A DNA stretch of 64,000 nt. Source: Pseudomonadota bacterium (GTDB lineage Bacteria > Pseudomonadota > Gammaproteobacteria > Burkholderiales > JACQAP01). Each line of letters begins with the position of its first letter. Position 1 is the stretch's first letter. The position numbers and the translations under genes are program-made. Below the pieces are notes generated by a model that was not told where the DNA came from, ran no database searches, and saw only the letters and a program-made list of their open reading frames with translations. Where the stretch lies: the NCBI GenBank assembly GCA_038040175.1, contig JBBPIT010000008.1, positions 2,184 through 66,183 on the forward strand, written 5' to 3'. This document shows, piece after piece, positions 63,222 through 64,000 of this stretch.

Positions 63222-63371
63222 CAACGCAAAGGCGCAAAGAACGTAAAGAAAGGCAAGAAAGTTACGGTCAAAATACTGGTCGATAGTTATTCCGAATGCC
63301 GGCCTATCCTTGTGCGCATCTAATTTTCGATTCCTTTGCGGCCTTTGCGCTCTTTGCGCCTTTGCGTTGAG
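63222..63371. repeat. hairpin element, CGCAAAGG-arm variant (both arms)
   Basis: CAACGCAAAGGCGCAAAGAACGTAAAGAAAGGCAAGAAAG faces CCTTTGCGGCCTTTGCGCTCTTTGCGCCTTTGCGTTGAG. It has the same architecture as the CACGAAGG elements and the same internal GGCAAGAAAG. Confidence 0.8.
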
Positions 63372-63382
63372 ACTTATCGTCG

Positions 63383-64000
63383 CTAGGCCGCCTTGGCGTG
63401 GCGGATCGCCTGCCATACCTTTTCGGAGGTGGCCGGCATTTCGATGTGTTTCACGCCCAGCGGGCGCAGCGCGTCGATTAACGCATTCATCACCGTGGGC
63501 GTACCGCCGACGGTGCCGAGCTCACCGACACCCTTTGCGCCGAGCGGGTTGATCTTGCACGGGGTAGTTTCGTCGGTGTGAGTATCGAAATTCGGCAGGT
63601 CGTCGGCCCGCGGCAGGCAGTAGTCGAGCAGCGAGCCGGTCAGCAATTGTCCGGTCCGCGGATCGTAGTGGGTGTTTTCCATCAGCGCCTGGCCGACCGC
63701 CTGGGCGATTCCGCCGTGCACCTGGCCGGCGACGATCAGCGGATTGATCACCCGCCCCACGTCGTCCACGGTGGTATAGCGCACGATCTCGGTCACGCCG
63801 GTTTCCGGATCGACTTCGACTTCGCAGACGTGGCAACTGTTCGGCCACGACGGGCCGCCCACTTTCTGCAGCGTCTTGATGGCAATGCGCCTCTCGGGCT
63901 GCTTCGCGGCCAGTTCGAACAGGCCGATGCCGACGTCGGTGCCGGCCACCTTGAAGCGGCCGTCGTCATAGGTGATATCCGATGCCGCCGCCTCGAGCGC
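63383..64000 (-). CDS. xanthine dehydrogenase/aldehyde oxidase-family molybdopterin-binding subunit, C-terminal part (5' end beyond window)
   Basis: ...CHVCEVEVDPETGVTEIVRYTTVDDVGRVINPLIVAGQVHGGIAQAVGQALME...INPLGAKGVGELGTVGGTPTVMNAL.. matches this family. The reading frame stays open to the window edge. Confidence 0.85.
   Translation of the reverse strand, partial: ALEAAASDITYDDGRFKVAGTDVGIGLFELAAKQPERRIAIKTLQKVGGPSWPNSCHVCEVEVDPETGVTEIVRYTTVDDVGRVINPLIVAGQVHGGIAQAVGQALMENTHYDPRTGQLLTGSLLDYCLPRADDLPNFDTHTDETTPCKINPLGAKGVGELGTVGGTPTVMNALIDALRPLGVKHIEMPATSEKVWQAIRHAKAA

Overview
GC-rich, gene-dense chromosomal window. The core synteny looks betaproteobacterial, which is an inference: ispB divergent from rplU-rpmA-obgE-proB, nrdA-nrdB, PP0621-pilS-pilR-ampD, tRNA-Pro, fumC, selO and dusA. 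I can support about 57 protein genes, 1 tRNA, 5 gene remnants, 3 terminators, a tandem NrdR-box pair and an unusually dense set of intergenic repeats. Metabolic blocks: (a) an arsS + AhpD-like pair; (b) a minus-strand sugar ABC transporter with IlvD/Edd and UxaA dehydratases, divergent from SDR + FAH genes, which fits a non-phosphorylative sugar-acid route; (c) an otnK/otnC pair; (d) a rubrerythrin / CCG Fe-S / DUF3501 trio; (e) a PaaK-like ligase + DpgC-like dioxygenase pair. Hunt highlights, in order of interest: (1) an AT-richer islet (about 10.5-14.2 kb) carries an orphan 367-aa protein that reads as an EVE/PUA-like modified-base reader fused to a PD-(D/E)xK-like nuclease. It is bracketed by a perfect 12-bp inverted repeat and is a candidate single-gene modification-dependent restriction/defence module. 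(2) A roughly 500-nt nested long hairpin with 21-bp perfect closing arms lies between cfa and the DUF3501 gene. Its mismatches become G-U wobbles on the minus strand, so it may be a large structured RNA or a foldback element. (3) A family of hairpin elements has arms built from 3-4 copies of an 8-mer (CACGAAGG and variants) around non-conserved cores. Copies sit in many intergenic and intercistronic gaps, one carries a nested insertion, and a 124-bp identical REP-like core occurs in inverted orientation 10 kb apart. All functional calls come from my own reading of translated ORFs and motifs. No database search, folding or composition calculation was run. Hand-counted repeat coordinates may be off by 1-2 nt.
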